DNA of 64,000 bases from Nitrosopumilaceae archaeon (GTDB taxonomy: Archaea; Thermoproteota; Nitrososphaeria; Nitrososphaerales; Nitrosopumilaceae): contig CBDCCK010000002.1 of assembly GCA_965214835.1 (NCBI GenBank), positions 224,001 through 288,000 on the forward strand. The letters run 5' to 3'. The position numbers were made by a program, and so were the translations under genes. Position 1 is the first letter of the stretch. The number at the start of each line of letters is the position of its first letter. Of the stretch, positions 48,521-57,952 are shown in pieces. The notes beneath the pieces were generated by a model. The model was given only the letters and a program-made list of their open reading frames with translations. It was not told where the DNA came from and ran no database searches.

Positions 48521-50238
48521 AGACCTTATGCGTAAACGAAATTAGCGGCGATGCCCCCGGCGCACGGGCTACAAATGAGGCAAGTCAGGGCCGGCGCACG
48601 CGCGACTGTACCTTACAACGTTGAAAATATTTGATCAAAACCACAACTATTTTCAGACGATTGATTTAGATCCGGGATCCATTCTCGCATAAGAGTAATG
48701 GCAAAGTCCGAGACCGAGCAGATACGACTGCTGAAGAAGAGAATCGAGCAGTACGAGAAGGAGAAGGTACAGGACAGGAAGGAGAAGGCGCGGGACAAAA
48801 AGAAGATCAAGAAGTATGAGAAGAGGATCAAGAGGCACGAGAAGAAGAGCAGGCAGGACAGGAAGGAGAAGGCGCGGGACAGGACGGAGAGGATGCAGTA
48901 CAGGAAGGAGATCAGAGAGTACGAGAAGAAGAGCAGGCAGGACGGCAGGAGGCAGGAGCGGGATCAGGAGAGGATAGGGCAGCTGGAACAGCAGCTGGAC
49001 GCCGAGCGCCGGATGTGGCCCGCAACCTGGGATGACGACAGGCGCTCCGCGGACAACGCCGCCCTCATGCACAGGCTCGAGGTGCTCGATGACATAATCG
49101 GTGGCGGGTCCCTGCAGCCCACCACGTCGATGAACCTCCGCCAGTTTGACTACATATATGACCGGTTTACGAAGCTTGCCAAAAAGCACACAGAAGGCCC
49201 CCTGTTCTCAGAAGACGAGGACAACTTGCCCGGAAACCGGTGCAAGCTGTCCTACCGCCACGCCCTGCTGATGTCGCTGATGCGCAAGTACGGAAACCCG
49301 ACACAGGAGCAGCTTGCGGCATTCTTTGGCATAGACCAGAGCACCGTATGCAGGTACCTCAGGTATTGCGACATGATATTCACCAAGATACTGCCCACGC
49401 CGGACGCCGTATCGCGAAAGATACGAAACGCCCGCACGATCAAGGAAGTCAAGAAGATCGTCCCGGATCTGACCGTGATTGTAGACGGCACGCACATCGA
49501 CATACAGCGCCCCACAGACAAGGAGCCAAGAAAGGAGGCATACTCTGGCAAGAAGAAGAGCTTTACGCGCAACACCCAGGTGATTGCCGACAAGAAGGGA
49601 CTGGCGATGTATGCAAGCAAGTCGGCGCCCGGAAGCACGCACGACCTCACCATGATAAAGAACAACCCACCGGATCTGGGAATCCTGACTGCCAGGATGC
49701 GCAGCAACAGAAAGCACCCCGAGGACGAGAAGGTAAAGATGTTCTCTGATCTGGGATACATGGGAATCGAGGAGGTGTATCCCGGGGCCACATCCGTGCA
49801 GCCCGACAAGAAGCCAAGGAAAGGCAAGCTTACAAAGAAACAGAAAGCGCAGAACAGGAGGATAAGCAGCAAGAGGGTGACAGTAGAGCACGCCATAGGA
49901 CGGATAAAGCAGTACAAGCGGATGCGTGATCCGTACGACGGGACCGCCGAGGAGTTCGACAGGGAGTTCCAGGTGACGGCCGGGCTTGCCAACTTTAGGC
50001 TGCTGTGGGACAAGCGGAACAAGAAGCTCATGCATGGGTTCTGATACCACGATACGGAGCGCATTGCGGCGCCACACGATGCCGCACTATACTGTAGTTT
50101 TTACCAGCTGTAATGGCTCGTAGCTGCACTATATACGGACTCTGCCGCCCTCATACACGTCATGTGATGCCGTCAGCCTTGCATGTATGGCCGGCCACCG
50201 TCGGAATATTTCGATCCGGTCGATTACGCATAAGGTCT
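48521..50238 (+). mobile_element. IS5-family (DDE_Tnp_4 type) IS, apparently complete
   Basis: Perfect 15-bp TIR AGACCTTATGCGTAA; 3-bp TSD AGT. Confidence 0.9.
48698..50044 (+). CDS. IS5-family transposase with repetitive charged N-terminal extension
   Basis: LAAFFGIDQSTV HTH; DGTH, DLGY, RVTVEHAIGRIK. Confidence 0.9.
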   Translation: MAKSETEQIRLLKKRIEQYEKEKVQDRKEKARDKKKIKKYEKRIKRHEKKSRQDRKEKARDRTERMQYRKEIREYEKKSRQDGRRQERDQERIGQLEQQLDAERRMWPATWDDDRRSADNAALMHRLEVLDDIIGGGSLQPTTSMNLRQFDYIYDRFTKLAKKHTEGPLFSEDEDNLPGNRCKLSYRHALLMSLMRKYGNPTQEQLAAFFGIDQSTVCRYLRYCDMIFTKILPTPDAVSRKIRNARTIKEVKKIVPDLTVIVDGTHIDIQRPTDKEPRKEAYSGKKKSFTRNTQVIADKKGLAMYASKSAPGSTHDLTMIKNNPPDLGILTARMRSNRKHPEDEKVKMFSDLGYMGIEEVYPGATSVQPDKKPRKGKLTKKQKAQNRRISSKRVTVEHAIGRIKQYKRMRDPYDGTAEEFDREFQVTAGLANFRLLWDKRNKKLMHGF

Positions 50239-51377
50239 AGTATGACAGACATATAGAACAGCAGCAGCCTGACGACCGGGGAATTGCTGCACGTCTTGCC
50301 CATTATCCCCTTGATCACCCTGAACCCGGTCTCGATTCCCCACCGACTGCGGTACTCCTCCGGTATCTGCTCAATGACTGCCTCTGCACTTTTAGCAGAC
50401 ATGTTGGTGGCAAAGACCAGATACCTGTCGGCTATGGTCTCCTCTACCTTGTCCTTCTTTGCTGCTGCCGTGCCGTCCTTTTCTACCTCGTCCTTTTCCA
50501 CAATGACTAGCCTGAATGTGGCGCTCTTGCCGTCCTTGTTGGTCATTGTATATTTTGATACCGCACCGCGTTCTCCGCGGTCATGCTCCTCTATTGCCGC
50601 CACTATCCTCCTGTTCTTGACGGCAGGCATGATGTAGCTGCCCGTGCTTGTTTCTGCAGCCCTCATGCAGTCCACGTTAAAGAACCCGCGGTCATACAGG
50701 AACGTCTTGATCCTCATCCCTGATCTGGACGCCTTGCGGATCATTTTAGGCACGAAATCAGCCAGTTTTGCCTCTTTTGGAAGCTGTAGCGAGGAAAGCA
50801 CGAGGTCAGACCCGTCATCTGATCCTATTCCGTGCATGGTAATGTGCGAGAGAAACGTCGACGTGCCGTTCTTGGGCTTTGACTTTCTGGTGATATCCTC
50901 CAGGCCCTTGCCATAGTATTCCACGTCGGTAACGTCCACTGCCACGACGTCCGTGTTGTGCAGCATGCCTGACCTGCGGGCGCACCTTACCGTATGCTGC
51001 AGCATGGAGCTGCACCACTTTTGCGCATCATCCAGGCTGACGCCCCGGATCGCCTTTAGGATCCAGTCCGGACTAGGCGTACGGCAACTATACGCGCCGC
51101 CCTTGGAGGCAGCCCCGTCGTCATGCTGCTGCCTGCTGCATTTTGAGGCCCGCCTGCGAAGGTGCGTCACGGCAGATTCTGCAAACATCCTCCTCTCAGA
51201 CATGAAATATAGAACGCGCAGTGCGTCGATGTGGTCATACACTGCGTTGCGACTCTTTGAGACGGCCAGCCCGAGCTTGGGAAACCGCCGTCGCAATGTT
51301 TTAAACTGTCTCGATGTTATGTCAAACTGGTGTGCAAACACGTCGTTTTGTGTTGGTATCATGATGATGGTTGGCAC
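50239..51377 (-). pseudogene. ISH3-like transposase, N-terminal part (interrupted)
   Basis: VDVTD, YDRGF, YRSRWGIETGFR; native frame ends at the IS5 junction. Confidence 0.87.
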
Positions 51378-51552
51378 ACCACCTGATCTATAGTATGATG
51401 GTCAAAAAATCTCGGCAAATTGCGTAATTATCGTGCCTGCAAAAGTACATCGAGGAACTACTGACTTGAGCGAAATAATTTTCAGATACGGCCGGATAAC
51501 TAGAAAGTGCGATTTGTCGAATAGATGAATCGTTTTGAAATAAGGGGAAGGT

Positions 51553-52827
51553 TTACGGCCAGAGGCCTCTGTGGTTGAATGCGTCAACCACCCGCGAGAC
51601 TGCAAGTACCATGGCGGCCTTTCTCATGTCGATCTTGTGCTTTTTCGAGAGTGCAAGCGTGTCCCGGAACCCGGTGGTGATGTTTTTCTCCATTTTTTGC
51701 GCCACCTCATCGAAGCTCCAGTAGAACCCCTGGTTGTTTTGAACCCATTCCAGGTAGGAAATGCACACGCCCCCAGAGTTTGCAAGGATGTCAGGAACCA
51801 CGACAATCTTCTTTTTGTAGATTATGGGATCCGCCTCGGGCAGTGTGGGGCCGTTGGCCGCCTCGCCGATAATCCTGCACTTTAGGTTCTTTGCGATTTT
51901 TGCATCGATCTGGTTTTCCAGTGCGCCCGGAATCAGTACATCACACTTGGTTGTAAGTAGCTGTTCAGTCGTGATCTTTTTGCTTCCCGGAAAGCCGACG
52001 ACTGTGCCCTTTTTTTGCTTGTGCTCTAGCAGCTTTGACACCAAGAACCCCTTTGGTGCGAGTATTGAGCCCTTGGAGTCGCTTGCCGCGATGCATGTTG
52101 CCCCCATCTCCTCGAGATACTGGCCTGCAAAGGTCGACGCATTGCCAAACCCCTGAAGGGCGACCGTTGCGCCCTTGAGTTTTATCTTCAAGGACTTTGC
52201 TGCCTCTCTTACACAGTATGCGGTGCCCAACCCAGTAGCCACGTTTCTTGCAAGCGAGCCGCCCATCGGGATTGGTTTTCCGGTAATAACGCCGGGTTGG
52301 TGCTTGTTGCCATGGAGCTTGCCAAACGTATCCATGATCTGGGTCATCTCCTTTCCCGTCGTGTAAACATCAGGCGCAGGAATGTCCTTTTCAGGCCCGA
52401 TGATTTCAGAAATCATAAAGGCGAATCTTCTCGTGATTCGCTCCTTCTCTGCGTCGCTTAGCTTTTCTTTTTTCGGATTGACAAAGACGGCCCCCTTTCC
52501 GCCGCCGAGTGGAACGTCGACTACTGCGCACTTCCAGGTCATCCATGACGAGAGGGCCATTACCTCCCTTTCCATGTATTTGACGCCTCCCTCGGGGTCA
52601 AAGAACCGGATTCCGCCCTTGTACGGGCCGCGATCGTTGTTGTGCTGGCTCCGGAATCCTGTAAAGACGCGGATCTTTCCGTCATCCATCCTTACTGGAA
52701 TCTTTACACGCAGGAGCTTGTTTGGCATTGCAAGATACTCCCGCATTCCCTTGTCCTTGATTCCCAGAATGTCACAGGCGTCGTTGACCTGCTGCGTCGC
52801 ATTATCAAATGGATCTGCTTTTACCAA
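51553..52827 (-). CDS. gdhA: Glutamate dehydrogenase (Glu/Leu/Phe/Val dehydrogenase)
   Basis: GPYKGGIR, GGGKG, DIPAPDV, QGFGN, EAANGP. Confidence 0.93.
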   Translation of the reverse strand: MVKADPFDNATQQVNDACDILGIKDKGMREYLAMPNKLLRVKIPVRMDDGKIRVFTGFRSQHNNDRGPYKGGIRFFDPEGGVKYMEREVMALSSWMTWKCAVVDVPLGGGKGAVFVNPKKEKLSDAEKERITRRFAFMISEIIGPEKDIPAPDVYTTGKEMTQIMDTFGKLHGNKHQPGVITGKPIPMGGSLARNVATGLGTAYCVREAAKSLKIKLKGATVALQGFGNASTFAGQYLEEMGATCIAASDSKGSILAPKGFLVSKLLEHKQKKGTVVGFPGSKKITTEQLLTTKCDVLIPGALENQIDAKIAKNLKCRIIGEAANGPTLPEADPIIYKKKIVVVPDILANSGGVCISYLEWVQNNQGFYWSFDEVAQKMEKNITTGFRDTLALSKKHKIDMRKAAMVLAVSRVVDAFNHRGLWP

Positions 52828-52898
52828 GATAATCGATCCTTTCTGACGCCAAATTCTATTTAAGTCTGATCCTGGAAAAAATTCAAGGCGAGTCTTTG

Positions 52899-52989
52899 GC
52901 AAGAGTCTGCCCCCGAGGCGACACTTCCGGCCAAGGCTCTGATCACAATGCTCCCCACGCCGTATTTTCTGGGGAGGGTAAACTCTTAC
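52899..52989. mobile_element. MITE family B copy
   Basis: GCAAGAGTCTGCCC / GGGTAAACTCTTAC; TSD GAGTCTTTG/CGGTCTTTG. Confidence 0.83.
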
Positions 52990-53037
52990 CGGTCTTTGGC
53001 TTCAAATACTAAAATAAGGCACGCCGGTGGGCAGGAT

Positions 53038-53925
53038 ATGGAGGTCCTAGTTACCGGTGCCTCGGGCTTTATCGGTTCTAGGCTTGTCGGCAGGCTAGCC
53101 GAGAGGGGACATTTGGTGACGGCGCTTGTAAACAAAAACGACGTCTCGGCTCCTAAAATAAAGACGGTAAGGGGGGACATAACGGACAGATCGCTGGCAT
53201 TTGACGGTGACTTTGATGTCGCATATCACTTGGCTGCAGTCACGCCCCTTGAAAGGAACAAAAAAATTCAGCGGCAGGTAAACTTTGAGGGCACGGCAAA
53301 CCTGTTTGACAAAATCAAGGACAGATCCAAGCACGTCGTCTATGTGTCAGGCCTGGGGGTCTTTGGGCACTCTGATCAGGTCATTGACGAGTCAACGGAG
53401 AAGAACCCGGATACGGAGTTTGCAAGGATACGGCTGGCCGCAGAGAGGCACATGGAGAAAAAGTGCAGGGAGGCCTCCATCGGCTTTACCACCGCATATC
53501 TTGGGGAGGTGTATGGAAACGGAGGATGGTTTACAGCACAGCTCATGGACAGGATGAAAAACGGCAGGTTCAAGATGCCCAAGGCCGGGGATTATTTTAG
53601 AAGTTTTGTACACGTGGAGGATGCCGTAAATGCGCTTGTGGCAATCGGGGAGAAGCGGCGGTACGATGAGAGTTTTATCGTGACAGACTCGCATCCAGCA
53701 CTGTTCAGGGACTTTGCTAATTTTGTCGCAGACAAGATGGGGATAAAACGTCTGGGAAGCGTTCCGGTATTTCTGGCCAAGGGGATGCTGGGAGGGGATG
53801 CGGTGAGACTGTTGACGACTCCAACCAGAGCATCAAACAAGAAGATCGCCGAGTTGGTTGAGATAAAGTTTCCAAGCTACAAGGAAGGCCTAGCTCAAGT
53901 CTTGGCAGATGCAGATCAGATGTAG
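53038..53925 (+). CDS. NAD-dependent epimerase/dehydratase (extended SDR)
   Basis: TGASGFIG, YHLAA, FVHVEDA. Confidence 0.88.
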   Translation: MEVLVTGASGFIGSRLVGRLAERGHLVTALVNKNDVSAPKIKTVRGDITDRSLAFDGDFDVAYHLAAVTPLERNKKIQRQVNFEGTANLFDKIKDRSKHVVYVSGLGVFGHSDQVIDESTEKNPDTEFARIRLAAERHMEKKCREASIGFTTAYLGEVYGNGGWFTAQLMDRMKNGRFKMPKAGDYFRSFVHVEDAVNALVAIGEKRRYDESFIVTDSHPALFRDFANFVADKMGIKRLGSVPVFLAKGMLGGDAVRLLTTPTRASNKKIAELVEIKFPSYKEGLAQVLADADQM

Positions 53926-54302
53926 ACCTTTTTAGAGTTCATCTTATATTCAAGCCTGTCAATTGCATCAATTAGCGCAGAAATGTTGTACTCTAGAAAG
54001 ATGGAAACGTGGTATAGTGCGCCGTACCTTCCTCCGATTTTACAGACCAAGTTGTTTTTTTCCATGACCCTGAGATGATGCTGGATTGCCTTATAGTCAA
54101 AACCCAGTTCTTGTGCAAGCTGGTGCGTGTTATATGGCCTATCCAACAGCATCATGGTGATCCGAAGCCGTGTAAAGCCGCCCCTGGTTCCGGTAAACAC
54201 GTAGACCAGCAGCTTTCTGGATTGTCGATCAGCTTTATGGCTTGAGGCTTCGGTGGCCTTTTGGATCTGCTCTTTGAACTCCAACAGCTGTGCCGTGCTC
54301 AT
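53916..54302 (-). CDS. Winged-helix (ArsR-like) transcriptional regulator
   Basis: GTRGGFTRLRI...NTHQLA...YKAIQHHLRV. Confidence 0.85.
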   Translation of the reverse strand: MSTAQLLEFKEQIQKATEASSHKADRQSRKLLVYVFTGTRGGFTRLRITMMLLDRPYNTHQLAQELGFDYKAIQHHLRVMEKNNLVCKIGGRYGALYHVSIFLEYNISALIDAIDRLEYKMNSKKVYI

Positions 54303-54460
54303 GCGTACTCTAACTGTATGTATGGGATTTGGCTTAAAACCATATTTCCAATTCGTGTCCAAATTCAGCCCAGATATCCGCGCCCAGCCCAGGCAGGGCC
54401 CCGCCGGGCCATCAAGACATCCATTGACGTGTCGTTGCCAGGCATCAGCCGTTCCGGTGG

Positions 54461-56314
54461 CTAGCTTGCATCGGCGGCCAGCTCCAACAGCCTGTCCCTG
54501 ACCGCATCACCGCGCTGCCTTATCACGCGCTCTCGCATCTGGAGCAGGTGCGGAAGCAGCCTGTCGCCCCTTTGCTTGAGCACAGACATCATGTCGTACG
54601 GGCTGGGCACGTCGTCGGGCCGTTCCCGGTAATTCTTCTGGCTGATCCTTCCGATAAGATCCTCAGGCCACGTCTTCCGTCTGTCAGAATCAAAGCTGGA
54701 CATAAAGACATCATAGGCTGACTGTGCAATGCCGATGAACTCCTGTGGGAACGGGTCGCCCTTCTTGAGAGCCCGGAATCTTTCTATCATGTTGTCTTTG
54801 ATCGATTCTCTCCTAGAGCCATCAATGCCGGCCATGGACTCGTAGATAAACCTCATGATAAAGTATTTGATGGCATCCTTGCTCATTATACACTTGTCTC
54901 GGGATGTCTTCTCAGACTGGACGTCCTTTAATTCGCCACACCACTTGCGGTGTAGTCCGTCTAGCATCTGCATGAAGATGTACGGTACGACCAGATCCCT
55001 GATGTTCCTGTCCTTGAACACCCTCTCGTAGTGATCCGAGTAGCCGGCTGTGGAAAACAGTACCTTGTCTGGCACCATGGCATCGGCCGGATTTATCGCG
55101 TATGCGTAATACGCCCGTGCCGTGGAGCCCTTATCCATGACGCGTCTGTGGGTCACTCTGGCCCGTACCGACCTTGCTGCGGCACCAAATCCATTTGTCT
55201 TCCGTTCAAAGTAAAACTCTGGAAAGTCCCTGCGGCACTGCAGCACCATCTCGGCCATCTCCGGATAGCTCGTCGCCAGATCCGCCGGCCTGATCGGATT
55301 CTGCGCATTTGTGGCGCCTCTGATCAGGTTGCCCTCCTCGCCGTCTGCCGTCTCGTGTATTATCAGCAGCAAAAACACGTCATCGATGGGATGGGTGGAT
55401 TTTTCCAGTGTGTATATGGTCTGCCTGCCGTTTACGATCTTAAAGTTCTCAACGTTGTATGCCGAATTGCCTGCGGGCTCAAGGCCAGTGCATATGGCCG
55501 TAACCCCGTTGTTCAGCCTCCAGAACCTTTGCCTCTCGTCATCGTCACGGAGCGTGTCGAGAATAACCCTGTGTGTCGGGGCAGTATCCCCGATGGCCTG
55601 TCTAGGACTCGCAAGGAACAGCAATCCCCTGTGATCCCTTGCCATATTTACTAGCAAGTCGGCACGAACGTGTCCGAGAACGGATTTTTTTCCAGTCTCC
55701 GTGTCTTTTCGCTCTATGACCTTGCCGTCAAACTCTATCCTCAGGCCGGGTGTGCACGGAGCCGTCACGTGCGAAAGAATGTCGTCCAAGTCCAGTATCT
55801 CCAGCCGTACGTCGGGATCAGGAAGCCTCTCCTTCCTCCATTCGGGATCATTGATCAAGTCATTTGCCTGATCGCCTAGCCGTCCTGCCACTGCAAGGAT
55901 CATCCGTTTTTTGACATGCGGGTATTTCTCTTCCATCCGGACAAATTCTGCAGACTTTTGCATGAATGTCATGTTTGCGTGATCCGGGCAGTCTCTCAGG
56001 TGGCCTAGCGTGCTTGCAAATGACTCTACCTCCTCCCTGTCGACATGGTAATCAAGGGTCTCGCTGAATTTTACTTGAATCCAGCATACATGCTGCTCGG
56101 CGTCGTCCCCCATGTCGTCTGCATGAAAGACATTGATCCCACAGTCGTCCTTGCCGCCGATCGATACTGCCTCGTCGATCTTTTCCTCGTTTGTAATGTC
56201 AAGAATCTCCTCGCATATCCACCGCGAGAATGCCTCGTGCTTTGAGGTTCCCAACTGCGTGCAAATCTGATTAATCTGCTCGCTGAACAGGGCCTTGCCG
56301 GTCTCAAGGGTCAT
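54461..56314 (-). CDS. AIPR family protein
   Basis: FWRLNNGVTAIC, IVNGRQT, TNAQNPIRPADL; N-terminal DxGI...IQVKF. Confidence 0.87.
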   Translation of the reverse strand: MTLETGKALFSEQINQICTQLGTSKHEAFSRWICEEILDITNEEKIDEAVSIGGKDDCGINVFHADDMGDDAEQHVCWIQVKFSETLDYHVDREEVESFASTLGHLRDCPDHANMTFMQKSAEFVRMEEKYPHVKKRMILAVAGRLGDQANDLINDPEWRKERLPDPDVRLEILDLDDILSHVTAPCTPGLRIEFDGKVIERKDTETGKKSVLGHVRADLLVNMARDHRGLLFLASPRQAIGDTAPTHRVILDTLRDDDERQRFWRLNNGVTAICTGLEPAGNSAYNVENFKIVNGRQTIYTLEKSTHPIDDVFLLLIIHETADGEEGNLIRGATNAQNPIRPADLATSYPEMAEMVLQCRRDFPEFYFERKTNGFGAAARSVRARVTHRRVMDKGSTARAYYAYAINPADAMVPDKVLFSTAGYSDHYERVFKDRNIRDLVVPYIFMQMLDGLHRKWCGELKDVQSEKTSRDKCIMSKDAIKYFIMRFIYESMAGIDGSRRESIKDNMIERFRALKKGDPFPQEFIGIAQSAYDVFMSSFDSDRRKTWPEDLIGRISQKNYRERPDDVPSPYDMMSVLKQRGDRLLPHLLQMRERVIRQRGDAVRDRLLELAADAS

Positions 56315-56361
56315 TTCACACTGGATTGTTTCTTATTTTTATTAACCTTTTCAGGCTGCCA

Positions 56362-56445
56362 AGAACTGTCCGGTTTTTCCCACAGGCCTGCCTGCACCGA
56401 TACGGGCAATTTCAGGCCGGCGGTACGGGACATTTTTGGACATTC
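56362..56445. repeat. Dispersed repeat family D, copy 2 (MITE-like)
   Basis: Matches 5915-6007; flanks GGCTGCCA/GGCTCCCA. Confidence 0.58.
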
Positions 56446-56494
56446 GGCTCCCCACAATTACCCTTAAATTGACTGGCGAGGGACTCGAAATGAA

Positions 56495-57223
56495 ATGATG
56501 GGTTCGCGCGGATACGACATGACGCCTACAATGTATTCCCCGGACGGCAGAATATACCAGGTCGAATATGCCATAGAGACCGTGAAAAGGGGAACCTTGG
56601 CCGTAGGCGTAAGAAGCAAGGAGGGGGTAATTGTTGCCGTCGAGGAAAAGCCGCGCGCACTGCAAACATCAAAAATAACCCAGAAGATCTTCCAAGTAGA
56701 CTATCATATCGGGGTGGCAGCTGCCGGGTATATCCCAGATGCCAGAGTCCAGGTGGACAATGCAAGGACGTTTTCTGCAGGAAACCGCCTCAACTATGAC
56801 GAGTCCGTGGAGGTCGAGACCGTTGCAAAGTATCTGGCAGACCAGTGCCACCAATTCACGCAGTACTCGGGGGTCAGGCCGTACGGAGTGGCGCTGATAA
56901 TCGCAGGCGTCGACCAGAAGGGCCAGGCACTCTATGTTACCGACCCAAGCGGCACGTTTGTCCCGTACTCTGCAGTCGCAATCGGGGCGGGCTCAGACGA
57001 GGCAACTGACTTTTTAGAGAAATCATACTCGGCGGACATGAGTCTGGATGATGCAGCAGCACTTGCGATTGCGTCAATCAACCTAAAGGCCGAAAACAGG
57101 CAGGATACCAGACACATCAAAATGGCAAAGGTCTCTACTGAAAGGAAGGTTTTGGAGAGAATTTCAGATGAAGAACTATCCAAATACTCTGACCTGGCAG
57201 CTCAAAGGTTCAAGCACGAATAG
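56495..57223 (+). CDS. psmA: Proteasome alpha subunit
   Basis: GYDMTPTMYSPDGRIYQVEYA, RPYGV, DPSG. Confidence 0.96.
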   Translation: MMGSRGYDMTPTMYSPDGRIYQVEYAIETVKRGTLAVGVRSKEGVIVAVEEKPRALQTSKITQKIFQVDYHIGVAAAGYIPDARVQVDNARTFSAGNRLNYDESVEVETVAKYLADQCHQFTQYSGVRPYGVALIIAGVDQKGQALYVTDPSGTFVPYSAVAIGAGSDEATDFLEKSYSADMSLDDAAALAIASINLKAENRQDTRHIKMAKVSTERKVLERISDEELSKYSDLAAQRFKHE

Positions 57224-57259
57224 TTCCCTTCAAAAAACAGGGGTTCTTGGTGGCTAGTC

Positions 57260-57952
57260 TTGGGATTGGGCGGCAGCTACTGGAGCGAGGTAATCGGGGT
57301 CCTAAGGGAGATCATTCCGGTATATGACAGGGTTAACTCGTACATCTCGCTGGGCAAGGACGGGGGGCACAGGTCCAGGGGGATTTCAGGCAGGGTTCTG
57401 CCCGGAGACAGGGTGCTTGATGCAGGCTCGGGCTTTGGGAACATGTCCAAGACGGCCCTTGGCCTGTGCGATGATGACCTGTCAGTCACGCTCTATGATC
57501 CGCTGGTTCCCATGCTAAAAAACACCGGCATGTTTTTTGAAAAGACCCCGGACATGGCAAGCGGCGTCTTTGAGCACATTCCGTTCAGGGACGGAGGGTT
57601 TGACGCGGTACTTTGCGGGTATTCGCTAAGGGATGCGATCAGCCTCAAGGTTGCAATCTCGGAGATTCACCGGGTGCTAAAGATGGGTGGAAGGCTTGTC
57701 ATTGTAGACCTAGGCAAGCCCGATGCGCCGCTCATTCGTGCAGGCGTGGCCGTATACCTGCGGGTGTTTTTGCCAGTCATTGCACTGGTGGCAGGGGGCA
57801 GACTGGGACTAAAGTTCGGTACGCTCTATGGGACATTCAGGCGGTGGCCACAGAACAGGAAACTCGAGGAGATGCTGTCAGAGAGGTTCTCCAGGGTAGT
57901 GTTTGAGAAGGATCTTATGGGCGGGGCAATAATGGTTGCAGCATACAAATGA
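57260..57952 (+). CDS. UbiE/MenG-like SAM-dependent methyltransferase
   Basis: YDRVN, VLDAGSGFG, PFRDGGFD, EIHRVLK. Confidence 0.85.
   Translation: MGLGGSYWSEVIGVLREIIPVYDRVNSYISLGKDGGHRSRGISGRVLPGDRVLDAGSGFGNMSKTALGLCDDDLSVTLYDPLVPMLKNTGMFFEKTPDMASGVFEHIPFRDGGFDAVLCGYSLRDAISLKVAISEIHRVLKMGGRLVIVDLGKPDAPLIRAGVAVYLRVFLPVIALVAGGRLGLKFGTLYGTFRRWPQNRKLEEMLSERFSRVVFEKDLMGGAIMVAAYK

Larger units (their letters stand above)
48327..51463 (-). mobile_element. ISH3-like (IS4-related) IS interrupted by an IS5-like IS
   Basis: 27-bp TIRs CAGTA(C/G)TTCCT(A/C)GATGTACTTTTGCAG; 4-bp TSD ACTT. Confidence 0.9.

Noticed and set aside
48613-50077. Long minus-strand ORFs (178-289 aa)
   Set aside because: Antisense shadows of the IS5 transposase caused by codon bias
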